The position numbers and the translations under genes are program-made. A stretch of DNA of 64,000 nt from Eledone cirrhosa (Eukaryota): assembly GCA_964016885.1 (NCBI GenBank), contig OZ024741.1:226796001-226860000 (forward strand), read 5' to 3'. Shown piece after piece: positions 1 to 13,460 of the stretch. The notes below the pieces were generated by a model. The model was given only the letters and a program-made list of their open reading frames with translations, had not been told where the DNA came from and searched no databases. Position 1 is the stretch's first letter. Every line of letters starts with the position of its first letter.

Positions 1-39
1 ACCCGAAAAGAAGAAAAGAACAACATCATCTGTAACTAC

Positions 40-118
40 TGAGCCGCAGGTTTTATGTCGGAGTTATCCCAGTTTCCTGAGTTGCCTTCTCCTAGAAGAA
101 TGCCCTGACAAAGGCTAT
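40..118 (-). mobile_element. Fragment of RTE-type 5' leader (CCTTCTCCTAG...GACAAAGGCTA motif), next to (ACAT)n
   Basis: Closely matches 37477-37516 (GAGTTTTCCTTCTCCTAGAATTCTGCCTTGACAAAGGCTAA), which belongs to an RTE-derived element. Confidence 0.45.
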
Positions 119-859
119 ACATACATACATATATACGTAAATACATACATGCATACATACATTCATACATGCATATATACATCATGTGTACTGGCTTCTT
201 CGGCTTGATAATAACACCAATGAATCATTCAAGAACTTTGACCCCTGGCCTAAATGCATACAGCACAGTAAACCGAATTAAGGGATCCTAACGGCTAGGT
301 GGCTGTGTTAAACCAAGTGACGAATAAGTCTACTACTCGAAAACTGGAATGGGTACCATTGACAGTTTTCTACACAATGTCCCCCTTATTAAATTTTACT
401 TACAAGGTTTGGGTCGATTCCCGCCTATGGTAAACCACACTTGTCCGTTGAGTCATTCGGTGGGGTCGAACCTGAAACCATATAACAACTTCAAAATGCT
501 GCCATTTTAGCTGACAATTTACACCAAATTGGTACAGAAATTATGCAAGGATTAGGCAAAAGTTCTTGACAGAATATAAAAACAAAGCATGAAAACTAAA
601 CAGTTTTACATTTAAAAAAAAAAAAGATAAGAATTTTCTCAGATTAAGCTACCTTCCAGAAGATTCCTAGTGAAAAAGAAAATTAGAAAAGCATTAACTA
701 GAATAAAATGTTAGTTGAAAATGCTGAATAAAACGTTGTTTCTGTTAGAAAAGATTAAACAGAATTTTAAAAATAATCAATGAATTTAGTAAGTTGTTCA
801 AAATTAAAAACAACGAAAATGATAAACGAGAAGACACTCATTTGTGACTTAGTAGCATA

Positions 860-1240
860 TATTCTATTGTTGTTGTTGTTTGTAGTGGCGTTGGCGGTGG
901 TGTTGATGTTGGTATTGTTGTTGGGGGTGATCATATTGGAGGTGGTGGTGGTGGTGGTGGTGATGTGGGTGGTCTTGATGTTGATGTTATGTGTTGGTGA
1001 CGGTGATGATGGTGTTAGTGTTGTTGTTATTGTGTTTTTTTTAAGTAAGGTGGTAGTAGTTGTGGTCGTAGTGGTGGTGGTGGTGGGGATGATAGTAGTA
1101 TTACTGTTGTTACTGTTGCTAATGGTGATGGTGGTGGTAGTTTTGTTGTTGCTGTAGTTTTTGTTGGTGGTAGTGGTGGTGGTGATGATGTTGGTGTTAG
1201 TGGTAGTAGTGGCGTTGCTGCTGCTGTTATTGGTGTTGAT
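860..1240. repeat. Degenerate (GGT/TGT/GTA)n trinucleotide low-complexity tract
   Basis: Direct inspection; explains the poly-T/N and poly-V/L ORFs. Confidence 0.9.
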
Positions 1241-1512
1241 GTAAAATAAAGACACTAGAACTCCTCCAGGAGTTATGGGTTCATACATACATCTATTAGT
1301 ACTTTGTAGTCGTTCGACTTTCTAAAAAGAGAAAACATATTTTCAGTTAAAAAATGACAATAATGAATTGATCATCCAAATACATGTCTAGAAAAATCAC
1401 ATCAGAATATTAAACAATGTCTAAATGGTCGAATATCAAATAACGATTAAAGATATAAAAGTAAATATCTACTCTTCATTTATTCATTATGAAAGCATTT
1501 CTTGCTAGAAAA

Positions 1513-1751
1513 GGTGGCAGATTGGCATGGTAACGAGAGCGTCAGTCATAATTCTTTACGGTGTTTAAGGCGCTTTACGTTAGGAGTTCAAGTCTTGCCG
1601 AACTCAACTTTGACTTTCATCTTTCTGAATTTGATTAGATAAAGTTCCAGTTCAGTACTAAAGTCGAAGTAATCATATTTCCTTTCCCCAAAAAATTACT
1701 GGCCTTGTGCTAATGTTAGAAAGAATTACTTAATGTTAGAAAGAATTACTT
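1513..1751 (+). mobile_element. Diverged SINE copy (dominant family), 3' tail duplicated
   Basis: GGCAGATTGGCA head, GAGTTCAAGTC B-box-like motif, AACTTTGACTTTCATC core, GGCCTTGTG..AGAAAGAATTA tail repeated twice. Confidence 0.7.
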
Positions 1752-3803
1752 AACCCAAAGGAAATTTATTTTATAATGCAGACATATGAGAGCAAGTACA
1801 AGTCAGTTAAGCTCTTGACCGATATTAGGGAAGACGTTATTACATCATCTTTGTGAAGGCTGGGGAAAATAAATAATACAACCGAAGAAATATTTGTTAA
1901 AAACTGTATTTAGCATAGAAAATAAGCAGAATGGAACGATTCTGTTGGCTATCTATAGGTTTATAGATGCTGTTGGCCCTCTCGTTGTTGGTCTTGCCTG
2001 ATTCATCTGACCTAAGAAGAAAGACGTTCAAGCATTGAATATCCAAAGGTATAGACGGTTTATGTCCTGAAATCGCCGGTAATGCAAAAATAAGTCAAGC
2101 TGAATATACTCTCAACTTCAATTTTATATATATACATACATATATAAATGTAAGTATGTGTCCGTGCGCGACCTACTTCACTAAACACAGGCTTTCATTT
2201 CTTTTTAATTGAGGCGTTGTTTCTGTATCCCTTAATATCAGCCAACATTGAATTAAACTAAAACCTGACATTTCTTAAAGAAATTTTTGAAACCTGGAGA
2301 GGGATGGGCTTTAGCTATGGGCATCTAAACCTGGTGAAGCCCAAATAGAAAGAGAAAGAGAAAGGGAGGAACAGGTGTGAGAAAGAGAAAATTGACCTCA
2401 TTAATAATGGATTGGTACTTTATTCACCGACGAAAAGCTAATTTTTCCTTATATGGATATGAACTCAGTGAACGCAGAGAGCTGGCATGAATTCCACTAA
2501 GCATTCTTTTATGACTCTGCCAGTTCGCCGCCCTATGAGTGAATCAACATATCCACTACAGCAAAACTCTCGAGACCAGCTGAGATCAGTTATACAATAA
2601 TTAAAGATAAACTGATGGTGCATCTAATTTGATTCCTGAGTAGCTGAAGGTTATCAATCACATCATAAGTTCTAAAGTTCTCATGGTGAAAATAATATGT
2701 AGTATGATATTAAGCAGAAATATCGAATATTCTGGCATGTAGGAAACAGTACCGACACAAGGCATCGATATATACAGAGTATTATATTTGCTATCTATAC
2801 ACATATATGTACTCTCATTCTTTCTCTTTCTCTTTCTCTTTCTCTTTCTCTTTCTCTCTCTCCTCCTCTCTCTCTCTCTCTAGCTCTTACACACATACAC
2901 GCTGTTACAAATACACTTGCGTGATGTAGTCAAGTACACAGATTCACACACACGCACACACACACATGCACCACACACATACACACACACACATATATAT
3001 ATATATATTAGGTTTAATCTATACATATATTTAAATATAACTTAATCGTTATGTGAGTAATGTTTATTTTTATTTAACACATTAAATAGTATTTGTTTCT
3101 ATATGTATATATGTATTAAAGCCAGGTTAGTTTCTCAATTAATATATCTATATATCGTTTAAAATTATTTTATATTATGTATGCTCTAAACCAAAGGTTC
3201 TCAAGACATTTCGGCCAAACGCCCCCTTTTTCCCCTCGAAATCACGAAACGCCCTCCTACCCTATTTTTCCATTTTTCAATATACTACTGATTTTGATAT
3301 CAGTAGATTACTGGGCCAAATCAAGTTATGTTAGAATCTTTAAAAAATACTCGTACGAATTAAATACAAAAAAGTTTCAGTCTAAAACAAAAGCAAACTA
3401 TTTCAACTTATATACTTTTGAAAAATAGACGTGACTGTTCTCAAAGATTTGATCTCAATCGAAAAAGCTTCTTTTTTTTAAATTCTATATTTCACTGTTA
3501 GCTGTTGTAATATTTTGAGTGGATAGACAATTCTACAATTCAAACTGTAAAGTCAAAATACAAAAGATGCAAAATATGAAGAATTTCTTACCTTTCTCTG
3601 AAATCACAAACTCAGGTGGAAAATAGTACCTTGCAAAATAAAATACGTCGTAGCAAAATAAAATACTCAGTAACGACGAATGAATTGAGAAGCTTGGTGA
3701 CAGTGAGAAAGAAATATCTGTATTCCTTATATATATACATAGATAGATACACACACACACATAAACGCACACGCACACACACACATATATATATATACAC
3801 ACA

Positions 3804-3860
<57 letters not shown>

Positions 3861-3990
3861 ATACATACACATACACACACACAAACTTCTGTATGTGTGT
3901 GCTTTGGTTTTGGTACAGAAAGAATTTTGTCATCAGTTTTTATTGCCAGGTCAAAGGCCACTGCTCTTTTCAACAACGCCAGAGAACAAC

Positions 3991-4045
<55 letters not shown>

Positions 4046-4159
4046 GAAGAGAGAAAGCGGGAGGGACAGAGAGAGTAAGAAATGTGTGTGTGTGTGTGTG
4101 TGTGTGTGTTACACGTCTATCTATCTATATATCTATCTATATATCTATCTATATATCTA

Positions 4160-4747
4160 TCCTGTGGGGCTATGTAGAACGACTATTGTCGCGGGTGGGA
4201 CCAATCCAGTTGACCACCGAGTCCATTGTCATGATCAAACCGCCACCCTCCTTCAAAAACGAAGGAGATGCGGTTTTCCTTTGTGTGATAGCTATGGCGA
4301 AAGAGGTTGTATGGTGGACAAGGTTGAAAGGGCTGAGGTCAGACACCTTTCTCTCCGGCCAACAACTGATTCTTTTTTTCAAATACCACTTTGGAAGAAG
4401 AATCAGGATGGAGAGAGAGGTGCTGTACCACAGCAAGTTTTATGAAAGGTGGGTGAAAGTGGCGAGAATGGCCCAAGTGAATGGGCCTTCTCTCTATATC
4501 AGCCTGTAGGTTGAGGAAAAGGAGGAGGAGAGGAAAGGAGTACAAGCTCTTCGTCCTCCTGGAGATGAGGGTTGCACATTTTTTTTCGGGGGTATGTGTT
4601 ACCCATATGAACTGTCTCCCTCTATTGGGGAAAATCGACTAACTTTTAAATTCCATCTGTGATAACATTTTACACGTTTTTATTGTATGTAAACTTCCCC
4701 CTTTGTATTTGTCCCCTTCTTTTGTGCCCCTGTGGCTAATAAAGAAA
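4160..4747 (+). mobile_element. 5'-truncated Tx1/L1-clade LINE 3' fragment (ORF2 C-terminus + 3' UTR) in an (ATCT/AT)n tract
   Basis: LWGYVERLLSRVGPIQL...AMAKEVVWWTRLKG...RWVKVARMAQVNGPSL is homologous to the ORF2 ends at 18529 and 28493; ends CCCCTGTGGCTAATAAAGAAA. Confidence 0.9.
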
Positions 4748-4844
4748 TATATCTATATATCTATCTCCAACAGCTCAACAACTACTTTTCTGTGGCGCGT
4801 GGTAGAACCAATATTTCATATTGCATTATAACTGGTGAAAATAA

Positions 4845-5060
4845 GGCGGTGAGCTGGTGGAATCGTGAGCGCATCTGGCGAAATGTTTAGCGGAACTTCT
4901 TCCGTTTTTACGTTCTGAATTCAAATTCCGCCGATCTCAACTTTGCCTTTCATCCTTTTGGGGTCAATAAATTAAGTACCAGTTGTCTACTAGGATCGAT
5001 GTAATCGACTGAACCCTAAACCCAAAATGTATGCCTAGTTCCTATAGTAGAAATGATTAT
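4845..5060 (+). mobile_element. SINE (dominant family)
   Basis: GGCGGTGAGCTGG head; TTCAAATTCCGCCGA..CAACTTTGCCTTTCATCC..GGGGTC; AGTACCAG; AGTAGAAA tail. Confidence 0.8.
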
Positions 5061-5438
5061 AACTAGTGAAAATCTTCACCCACCACCACGTTTGGCCCAC
5101 TGTGCCTCTCCTCCAGGACGTAATGGGCCTTTTGTGCCCTTGAGTGTGAGACCCCACTTCTACACACACACACACATATATACTTTACTTTTTTTCTGTC
5201 TCTGGACTATGACCTTGGTAAGTTATGGGGACGTCAACAAACCAACAAGCATTGGTGGGAGGACACACACAGACATATATACATATATACGACGGGCTTC
5301 TTTTAGTTTCGGTCTATCAAATCCACTCACAGGGCTTTGGTCGGCCCGGGCAGTGGGACTGAACCCAGAAATATGTTGTCGGGAAGCAAGCTTCTTGTCA
5401 CACTGCCCATCGAGCCCTCTTTGGATTTTAGTCTTCTA

Positions 5439-5749
<311 letters not shown>

Positions 5750-6403
5750 GATACAAATAAAGATTCAGCGAGAATCGCATTTCGGCGGGTAGGAAAGGCG
5801 AATCGAAACGCAAAAATCAGAAATGATACTGGCAAAGTGCTCAATAGTTACAAACCAGAGCTAAACAATGTGTTAAGAAGCCATACAAACTGAAAAGGTG
5901 GTCAAGAAGGCATTAACCACCCAAGCCAAAAACCAAGTCAAGCTAAACAGGTCAAAACAAAATAAATGATAAAAAATAAATGATAACCAGACCTGGACTC
6001 CCGGAATTGCTGTTAAAATCCGATGTAGAGTTTCTGTGACACCTAAATCAAAATAGTCTGCTTAAAAATATAAGCATTGTGTATAATGATCGAACAAGGA
6101 ATATCACGTTATCAACAGGTATTTCGCTCTGTACCAAATAAGTGAATGACACGGAGGTAAGTTAAACCACTTGTGGAAATCACAAGAGGGATAACCCCAG
6201 ATTTTGGCAAAGTAATTCAGTATGCAAAAAATAGCATAAATAGCAGAAATCGAATAAGTTCTCAACCGGGTTGTTTTAAAATAAACTTATACAATTAACC
6301 TGTCAATAGAAATTATTAACAAGTTAATTGTAAGACACGGGAGATTAATACAAATAAGGATATATATATATATATATATATGTGTATATAATATGTATAT
6401 TAT

Positions 6404-6465
<62 letters not shown>

Positions 6466-6544
6466 TTACACACTTAAATATAAATGCATAGCTATATACA
6501 TACGTAAATGTATGTATGTATATATGTATTATGTATGTAGATTT

Positions 6545-6900
6545 ATCTCCTTATAATATATAACCACCAATTTCTCTGTCTGTCTGTCCGACAGTGGAAA
6601 CACGTGCGCGCGTGCGAATGTTTTTTGCGCACGCGTAGAGAGAGAGTGAGAGTGAAAGAAAGAGACAGACTACGAGAGGGGGGATAGCGGGAGGGAGAGA
6701 GAGAGAGTGAATAGACGCTAAAACACGTGCGCGCGTGCGAATGTTTTTTGCGCACGCGTAGAGAGAGAGTGAGAGTGAAAGAAAGAGACAGACTACAAGA
6801 GGGGGATAGCGGGTGGGAGAAAGGGGGAATTGAGGAGTGCTACAGAAACATATATACATTTCTGTGTGTGTGTAATATATATATATATACACACACAGAA

Positions 6901-6933
<33 letters not shown>

Positions 6934-6949
6934 GAAATATTTATATATT

Positions 6950-6990
<41 letters not shown>

Positions 6991-7200
6991 CACACACAGA
7001 AATGTATATATATTTCTGTGTGTATATATATATATATTACACACACAGAAATGTATATATATATACACACAGAAATATATATACATCCCTTAGCTACTGT
7101 ACTGTATCTGTTGCTATCTCTCTCTCTCTCCAGCTATCCCTCTCTTTTAGTATGTCTGTTTCTCTCACTCTCACTCTTTCTCTTTGTAACTCACTAACAT
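6545..7200 (+). mobile_element. Probable non-autonomous Helitron-like 5' portion with an internal ~124-bp direct duplication and minisatellite
   Basis: Starts TCTCCTTATAATATATAA...TGTCTGTCTGTCC; AAACACGTGCGCGCGTGCGAATG unit at ~6598 and ~6721; a partial inverted copy lies at ~7115-7180. Confidence 0.45.
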
Positions 7201-7325
7201 TCCACCCCTCTATCGCTGTGACAAATGGGGCGATGGAGGAGGAGGAGGAGGAGAGAGTCACTTCGTCACTTCACCTCTGCCTTTCTTTCTCTCCCCTCTC
7301 ACTCCCTCATTACATACAGACATTA

Positions 7326-7517
7326 GGGCGGTGGATTGGCAGAATCTGTAGAGAGTCGGACACCATGCTTCATAGCATGGAGTTACGGCCCTTTACGTCT
7401 GAGTTCAAATACCGCCGAGGTTAACTTTGCCTTTCATCCTCACGAGGTCGATAACATAAAGTACCAGTAATGTACTGGGAAATAGCTGGCCTTGTGCCAA
7501 AAGTAGAAACAATTATT
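7326..7517 (+). mobile_element. SINE (dominant family)
   Basis: GTGGATTGGCAG...GAGTTCAAATACCGCCGAGGTTAACTTTGCCTTTCATCC...GGCCTTGTGCCAAAAGTAGAAACAATTATT. Confidence 0.85.
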
Positions 7518-7663
7518 AGAAACATTGCTTCATTTTTACATATCTAAGCATTAGTAAAATAACTAATAATTTCAAAAGTAATTTTTCAATTCCAATTGTT
7601 ATGAACAGCAAAACATTAATAATAATTTTTGTTCTAAGAAATATATATACATTTCTGTGTGTG

Positions 7664-7765
<102 letters not shown>

Positions 7766-7810
7766 CGTAAATAAGAAAGTTATGAAAATTGACTTACTTA
7801 CTAAAATTTC

Positions 7811-7889
7811 ACTCCAACTAATTAGTTTCTGTAAGGGGATAAATATAGTTACGTAATAACTATAGAGAATCCTTACGTCATCAGGGAGT
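7811..7889 (-). ncRNA. Type I hammerhead ribozyme motif (intact core)
   Basis: Minus strand: ACTCC-CTGATGA-c-GTAAGG..CCTTAC-a-GAAA-CTAATTAG-TT-GGAGT; palindromic stem III, GUU triplet. Confidence 0.8.
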
Positions 7890-8431
7890 CTATTCTCAGC
7901 TAAGCTTCCAGGCAATGCGGGGACACTGGGAACTTATATAAAAATAATTCAGTGGATGGAAAAAAGCGAGCGGGGCTAGATTCCAAGACATTGAAAAATT
8001 CACTGCCTTCTTGGTCAAGTGGCAAATTCAAAAGAATCAATCACATGACACTTAGGTTAACCAGCTTGGAGTGGGGGTGCTATTAAGACAGAGCCTAGCC
8101 ACTACTATCAGTCACAGTAGTAATTTCGGCAAATTTTGCTCAACAAATAATTTAGAGATAATTATAAAGAATTAATATATCTACCGACATATGTATACAG
8201 ATGCATACCTATGCTAGCAAATATATATGTTTTGTCTTAGTAACTTTGTGGTTCTATGCAGGGGGATGCAGAACAATTATATGAAAGACGTAAATAAGAA
8301 AGTTATGAAAATTGACTTACTTACTAAAATTGTCTTGGAATCTAGCCCAGCTCGCTTTTTTCCATCCGCTGAATTATTTTTATATAAGTTCCCAGTGTCC
8401 CCGCATTGCCTGGAAGCTTAGCTGAGAATAG

Positions 8432-8510
8432 ACTCCCTGATGACGTAAGGCTTCTCTATAGTTATTACGTAACTATATTTATCCCCTTACAGAAATTAAT
8501 TAGTTAGAGT
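8432..8510 (+). ncRNA. Type I hammerhead ribozyme motif (two stem substitutions)
   Basis: ACTCC-CTGATGA-c-GTAAGG..CCTTAC-a-GAAA-TTAATTAG-TT-AGAGT. Confidence 0.7.
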
Positions 8511-8954
8511 GAAATTTTAGTAAGTAAGTCAATTTTCATAACTTTCTTATTTACGTCTTTCATATAATTGTTCTGCATCCCCCTGCATAGAACCACAAAG
8601 TTACTAAGACAAAACATATATATTCGCTAGCATAGGTATGCATCTGTATACATATGTCGGTAGATATATTAATTCTTTATAATTATCTCTAAATTATTTG
8701 TTGAGCAAAATTTGCCGAAATTACTACTGTGACTGATAGTAGTGGCTAGGCTCTGTCTTAATAGCACCCCCACTCCAAGCTGGTTAACCTAAGTGTCATG
8801 TGATTGATTCTTTTGAATTTGCCACTTGACCAAGAAGGCAGTGAATTTTTCAATGTCTTGGAATCTAGCCCCGCTCGTTTTTTTCCATCCACTGAATTAT
8901 TTTTATATAAGTTCCCAATGTCCCGGCATTGCCTGGAAGCTTAGCTGAGAATAG

Positions 8955-9028
8955 ACTCCCTTATGACGTAAGGCTTCTCTATAGTTATTACGTAACTATA
9001 TTTATCCCCTTACAGAAACTAATTAGTT
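8955..9028 (+). ncRNA. Degenerate hammerhead copy (core CTTATGA), truncated at the predicted cleavage site
   Basis: Same motif 523 bp downstream of 8432; homology ends at GAAACTAATTAGTT. Confidence 0.6.
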
Positions 9029-10235
9029 ATCATCTTCCTTGAAAGCTCCCCAATCATAGATTGCTCTATGGGGCTGAGCCTTGCTCTTTCTTAAGCTCAC
9101 CCGGACCTCACTCATAACAAGCCGGTGGTCACTACCCAGTGTACTGAAATAGTTGTATGGTTCTGTGTTCAGAACACTATTCCGCCACTTTTTCCTCGCC
9201 AGAATGAAATCAATCTGTGACTTGGACAGGTGCATATCTGAGATGTAGGTCCACATCTTCCCCGGATTCGTCCTAAACCTTAGGTTGGTCGCTATCAAGT
9301 TCGCCTCCAGCAGGGTGTCTCTCAGTAGTCTTCCATTTCGGTTGGTGTTGTTATGGAAGTACCAGCAATGATCTTCACTGCCCTCCTTACTCAGATGTGC
9401 ATTGAAGTCCCCCAAAACAAGCAGGATGTTGTTTGCCTGAGTGGTGTTGACAGCTCTACACACCTCCTCATGGAACTCTTCCGCACTCACATCACTGTCG
9501 CCCTCGGTTGGACTATAGGCTGAGATGACTGTCAGTCTTGGGTTTCCATTGAACGTCACCCTCAACACTCGCGGGGAGACAGGCATTATTTCCCTCACCA
9601 ATAGACTGGTTTTTGTGCTGAAAACAAAACCCACTCCTCCCACTGCAGCATTGGTCATGTTCCTCACTGCCGATGTGGTGATGAGCTGGCTCCTCTTCCC
9701 AATCATCACACTCCTCACGGGCTCATCGTGTAGGATCCTGTGTTCTTGGATCGCAAGTATCTGTATACCACTCTCCTCGAACAGATGTCCCAACTCCTCT
9801 CTCTTCTCCAGCGTCCGAATAGTCCTCACATTCAAAGTGCCCATTTTGATGGGTCTTCTGCAGGACAAAACTGAATTCTTTATATTTGTCTCAGAGACAG
9901 CTGATCCATCATCCACTGGCCCTCTCTGTAGCTCTAAGCCAGCAGAGTCATAACGACCAGACTGCTCCTTGACAGTGTAATTAGGGGCTCTAACCCTAGT
10001 GCTGTTAGATCGACTCTCCATATTTCTTTTCAATGGCTGACAATACCTTACCGGCGCCACTCGAATAAAGTAGTTATTTAACCCATAAATGGAGCCCTAA
10101 CAGGTACTACTACTCCGGGCCAGAGCAGACCTGGGAGTTATGACAACTAAGGGGTAACTCCACATTCCCCACAACTCCTGAACTCCCGAACTGGAGCCTT
10201 GCCACTGGATGTAGTTTAATGTCATACCCAGGACT
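9029..10235 (-). mobile_element. RTE-group LINE 5' portion: leader + APE endonuclease ORF (9023-10060), 3'-truncated
   Basis: APE motifs GTLNVRT, LAIQEHR, SAYSPT, LGDFNAH, QIDFIL, GSDHRLV. Confidence 0.9.
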
Positions 10236-10589
10236 AATATATATATATATATATATATAAATCTACATACATGTATACGTAAAATATATATATATATATA
10301 TAAATCTACATACATGTATACGTAAAATGATGATGATGATGATATATAAATCATCATCATCATCATTATTTTACGTCCGCTTTTCCCTGCTTGCAAGGGT
10401 TGGACGGGAACTGATTCTGGCTTGATTTCTGCAGCTGGATGCCCTTCCTAACACCAACCTCATTTACTGTGAGTGCTTGGTGCTTTTTTTCCGTGGCGCC
10501 TACACGTCCACTTTATAGTGTGGGCTGGGTGCTTTTTTGCCGTGGCACCTCCACGACCACTTTGCAGTGGAATGATAGGGACCCCAGTC

Positions 10590-10739
10590 CCTATCATCTC
10601 ATTTCTACAGGTGAGTAAACTGGAACAATGTGAAATAAAGTGTCTTGCTCAAGGAAACAACACATCACCCGCTCTGAGAATTGAACTTACAACCTTTCGA
10701 TTGAAAGGCCAATGCTCTAACCACTAAGCCATGTGCCTC
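10590..10739 (-). mobile_element. tRNA-derived SINE (second family)
   Basis: Minus strand TGGCTTAGTGG A box, AGTTCAATTC B box, then CCTTGAGCAAGACACTT core; homologous to 63845-64000. Confidence 0.75.
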
Positions 10740-11089
10740 TCTCTCTATATATATATAAATCTACATACATATATACATACATACATACATTTACGTATGT
10801 ATATAGCTATGCATTTATACATTTGTATATATACATGCATTTATATTTAAGTGTGTAAGGATGTTGAGATGATTTATGTTTTGTTTTTTTTTGGTAGGGA
10901 GGAAAATTTTGTCGCCAGATTTTATTACCTTACAGAAGGTGTTGTTGTATACATATACATACATACGAACATACACACACATCCATACGTACATACATAT
11001 ATACATACACATATATACACACACACATATATACACACACAGGCTGGCGTTAGTGTTTGATGAGGTTCAGAACCTGGTCAGCTTTCAGC

Positions 11090-11240
11090 CAGAGCTGTGG
11101 TATTTAATCTTCCTAATAAATCTTTCCACACTCAGATCCCGTTTGATCTTATCCTGCTCTATACGTCTGTCCTCAAAGTTATGGACCCCATCATTCCCTA
11201 TTCCACGCCAAGTTTCTTTTTCAAGCGCTTCTATCTCCCA
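11090..11240 (-). pseudogene. RTE-like ORF C-terminal relic beside (ACAT)n
   Basis: WEIEALEKETWRGIGNDGVHNFEDRRIEQDKIKR resembles RTE C-termini. Confidence 0.55.
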
Positions 11241-11599
11241 CACATAAATACATACATAAATACATACATACATACATACATACATACATACATACATACA
11301 TACATACATACATACATACATACATACATACATACATAGTCAGCTTATTTTAATTTCGTACTACGAAAGAATGTGTCCTTAATATGTAAACATACAGTAA
11401 ATATATATATTCTATTTTAATACCTAATTCACACGCTTCAAAAACTATATCTTTCAAAGTGGTTTTTGGTTAGGACACGCAATTTCCTTTATCAGAACGT
11501 GTACGTGCGTCAAACTAATATATATTATCCCTGTTGTATTGTTCTCCTATAGTGTTTTATTTGTTGTATTGTTCTCCTATAGTGTTTTATTTGTTGTTT

Positions 11600-12620
11600 T
11601 CGCATACATACGATGGCGCTCCTTCAACTCCATCAGTAATTACGTGTCCAATACTTACTAATGTTTACAGGATCCAGGTTTTACGGAATGTTGTAAAAAG
11701 CTTTTTAGTAATCAATCATTGCCATTCCCAGATCCGCCTTTGTCTTTATACAGTCTTCATTTATGCTTTGGTTTATCAATAATCTTTTCATTATAGTCAT
11801 ATGAGCGTTTAAGCGGCGAATTGACTGAGTCGTTAGAACGTCGGATGGATTGTTTCGCGACACGCGTTCTGGTCCTCTGCTCTCTGGGTTCATATACCAC
11901 CGAGGTAGACATTGATGTTTATTTAATGGTAAAAATTAAGATGAATGGTTTTATCAGCATTAGGTTAGTCAGTTACTGGCTTTCGCACATTGTATGTCTC
12001 TGGTAAATATATTAATTGAATTTGTGTCTGATGTTGAGAAATCCTAAACGCCAGACCTGTCAACTCTCCCCATCGGACGGAGACATCTCCTACCCACTTT
12101 GGGATGGGTGAGAGATGTCTTCTCTTGTGGAAATAGGTATAGCTTTCATTATGTAAAATCTCCCCATTTTGCATTATTTCTCCTCGTTTTGGGGCACCCC
12201 GTTTGGGGTTTAGAGGTTGGCAGGTCTGTAAACACCCAATGACCTCAGATGATACCCTGACGAGGCATTTTGGTGCATCATATTATAAAATCTTATATCC
12301 TGATACTTTCTATCGGCTTCTTTTAACGACATTTAATCAACTTTTTCTCTTGTTATGACTTCCCGCAATTGTATAGATGCTGTGTTAGATATCTCGAACA
12401 ATCCCATCCATTCTCTTCCCTAAATGATTTCTATATTTCTTCTTGTTTAACAAACTGTTTACTAAATTCTTGATGAAAACGCTTTGTATATCAGTTGAAT
12501 TGTTTGTTTCGTTCAAAGAAACGTTGTCGCTCTTGCCATACCGACTGATTCTTTGCGTTTTAGCGATGATCTTTTGCTTCAGACGTTCTGTGATTTGGGA
12601 GATTTACTATTTTAATGTTA
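11600..12620 (-). pseudogene. Old R4/Dong-type RT relic
   Basis: Manual translation: LKQKIIAKTQRISRY at ~12540-12582 and ADLGMAMIDY*KAF at ~11695-11740, matching regions of the 18954-22478 element. Confidence 0.55.
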
Positions 12621-12777
12621 TACTTCTGTAGTAGTTCTCTCTTTCTCCCCCCGCCCTCTCTCTCTCTTTCTCTCTATTTTTCAATTGTGTTCTTTTATTG
12701 ATGTTATTACGGATTAAGAGATATTCACTCGTATTTTCTATATTTTTCTTTATGTTCATTATTTTTCTTGTTGATAT

Positions 12778-12862
12778 CTTCTTCTTCTTCTTCTTCTTCT
12801 TCTTCTTCTTCTTCTTCTTCTTCTTCTTCTTCTTCTTCTTCTTCTTCTTCTTCTTCTTCTTC
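12778..12862. repeat. (CTT)n microsatellite
   Basis: Direct inspection. Confidence 0.97.
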
Positions 12863-13460
12863 CTCCTCCTCCCATTATTTGGAGTAACGCATTCGCCTTT
12901 TTGTCCTCCAGGTCCATGAGACGTTTGTATGACGCGTTATCATTTCCTTTGTTTTCACGAAATATAAATGTAAACTTAAAATAAGTTTAGTCCATTCATA
13001 ATATATTCTTTTATTTTGTAATCTTTCGTTTACTTACATAACAATATGGCTTCTCTGTCTATGGTAGTATAAGAACTGCAAAGCGGTAGCCTCATACATC
13101 TTAGAGAACATTTTAAAATTTTGTGAAAATATAGATTGTAAATAAAAATACACACAGAAAAAAATATCAACAATTAAACAAACAGAACAACTACAAGTGC
13201 AAACGCAGACAATGATACTGCCGAAAATATACCGGAAAATACACACCAATATATTTGTAATGTAAACACAGACGCTGACGATAGTGAAAATTTACACAAC
13301 GCAATCAATAATAAAAATAGCTCCGCTAATGCTCTAGCTCCTTAAAAATACGGAAAGCACCCCCCCCCCCCCACCATCCACCCCCCACCCAAAAATGTCT
13401 GTTGGATAGGTATGCAACGACAAATGTTCTTTCCTTGTGTGTGCATGTATGTGTGTATGT

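Noticed and set aside
767-1288. 173-aa Thr/Asn-rich and 125-aa hydrophobic ORFs
   Set aside because: Trinucleotide low-complexity sequence; no domain or splice evidence
6016-6125. Possible minus-strand hammerhead (TTGATAA..GTGATA/TGTCAC..GAAA)
   Set aside because: Stems I and III cannot be placed convincingly; single copy
6840-7085. CRISPR-like repeat-spacer array
   Set aside because: ACACAGAAA(TA)n minisatellite in mixed orientation; no unique spacers or cas genes; eukaryotic context
12251-12300. CTGACGA followed by a small hairpin
   Set aside because: No GAAA or cleavage-site strand
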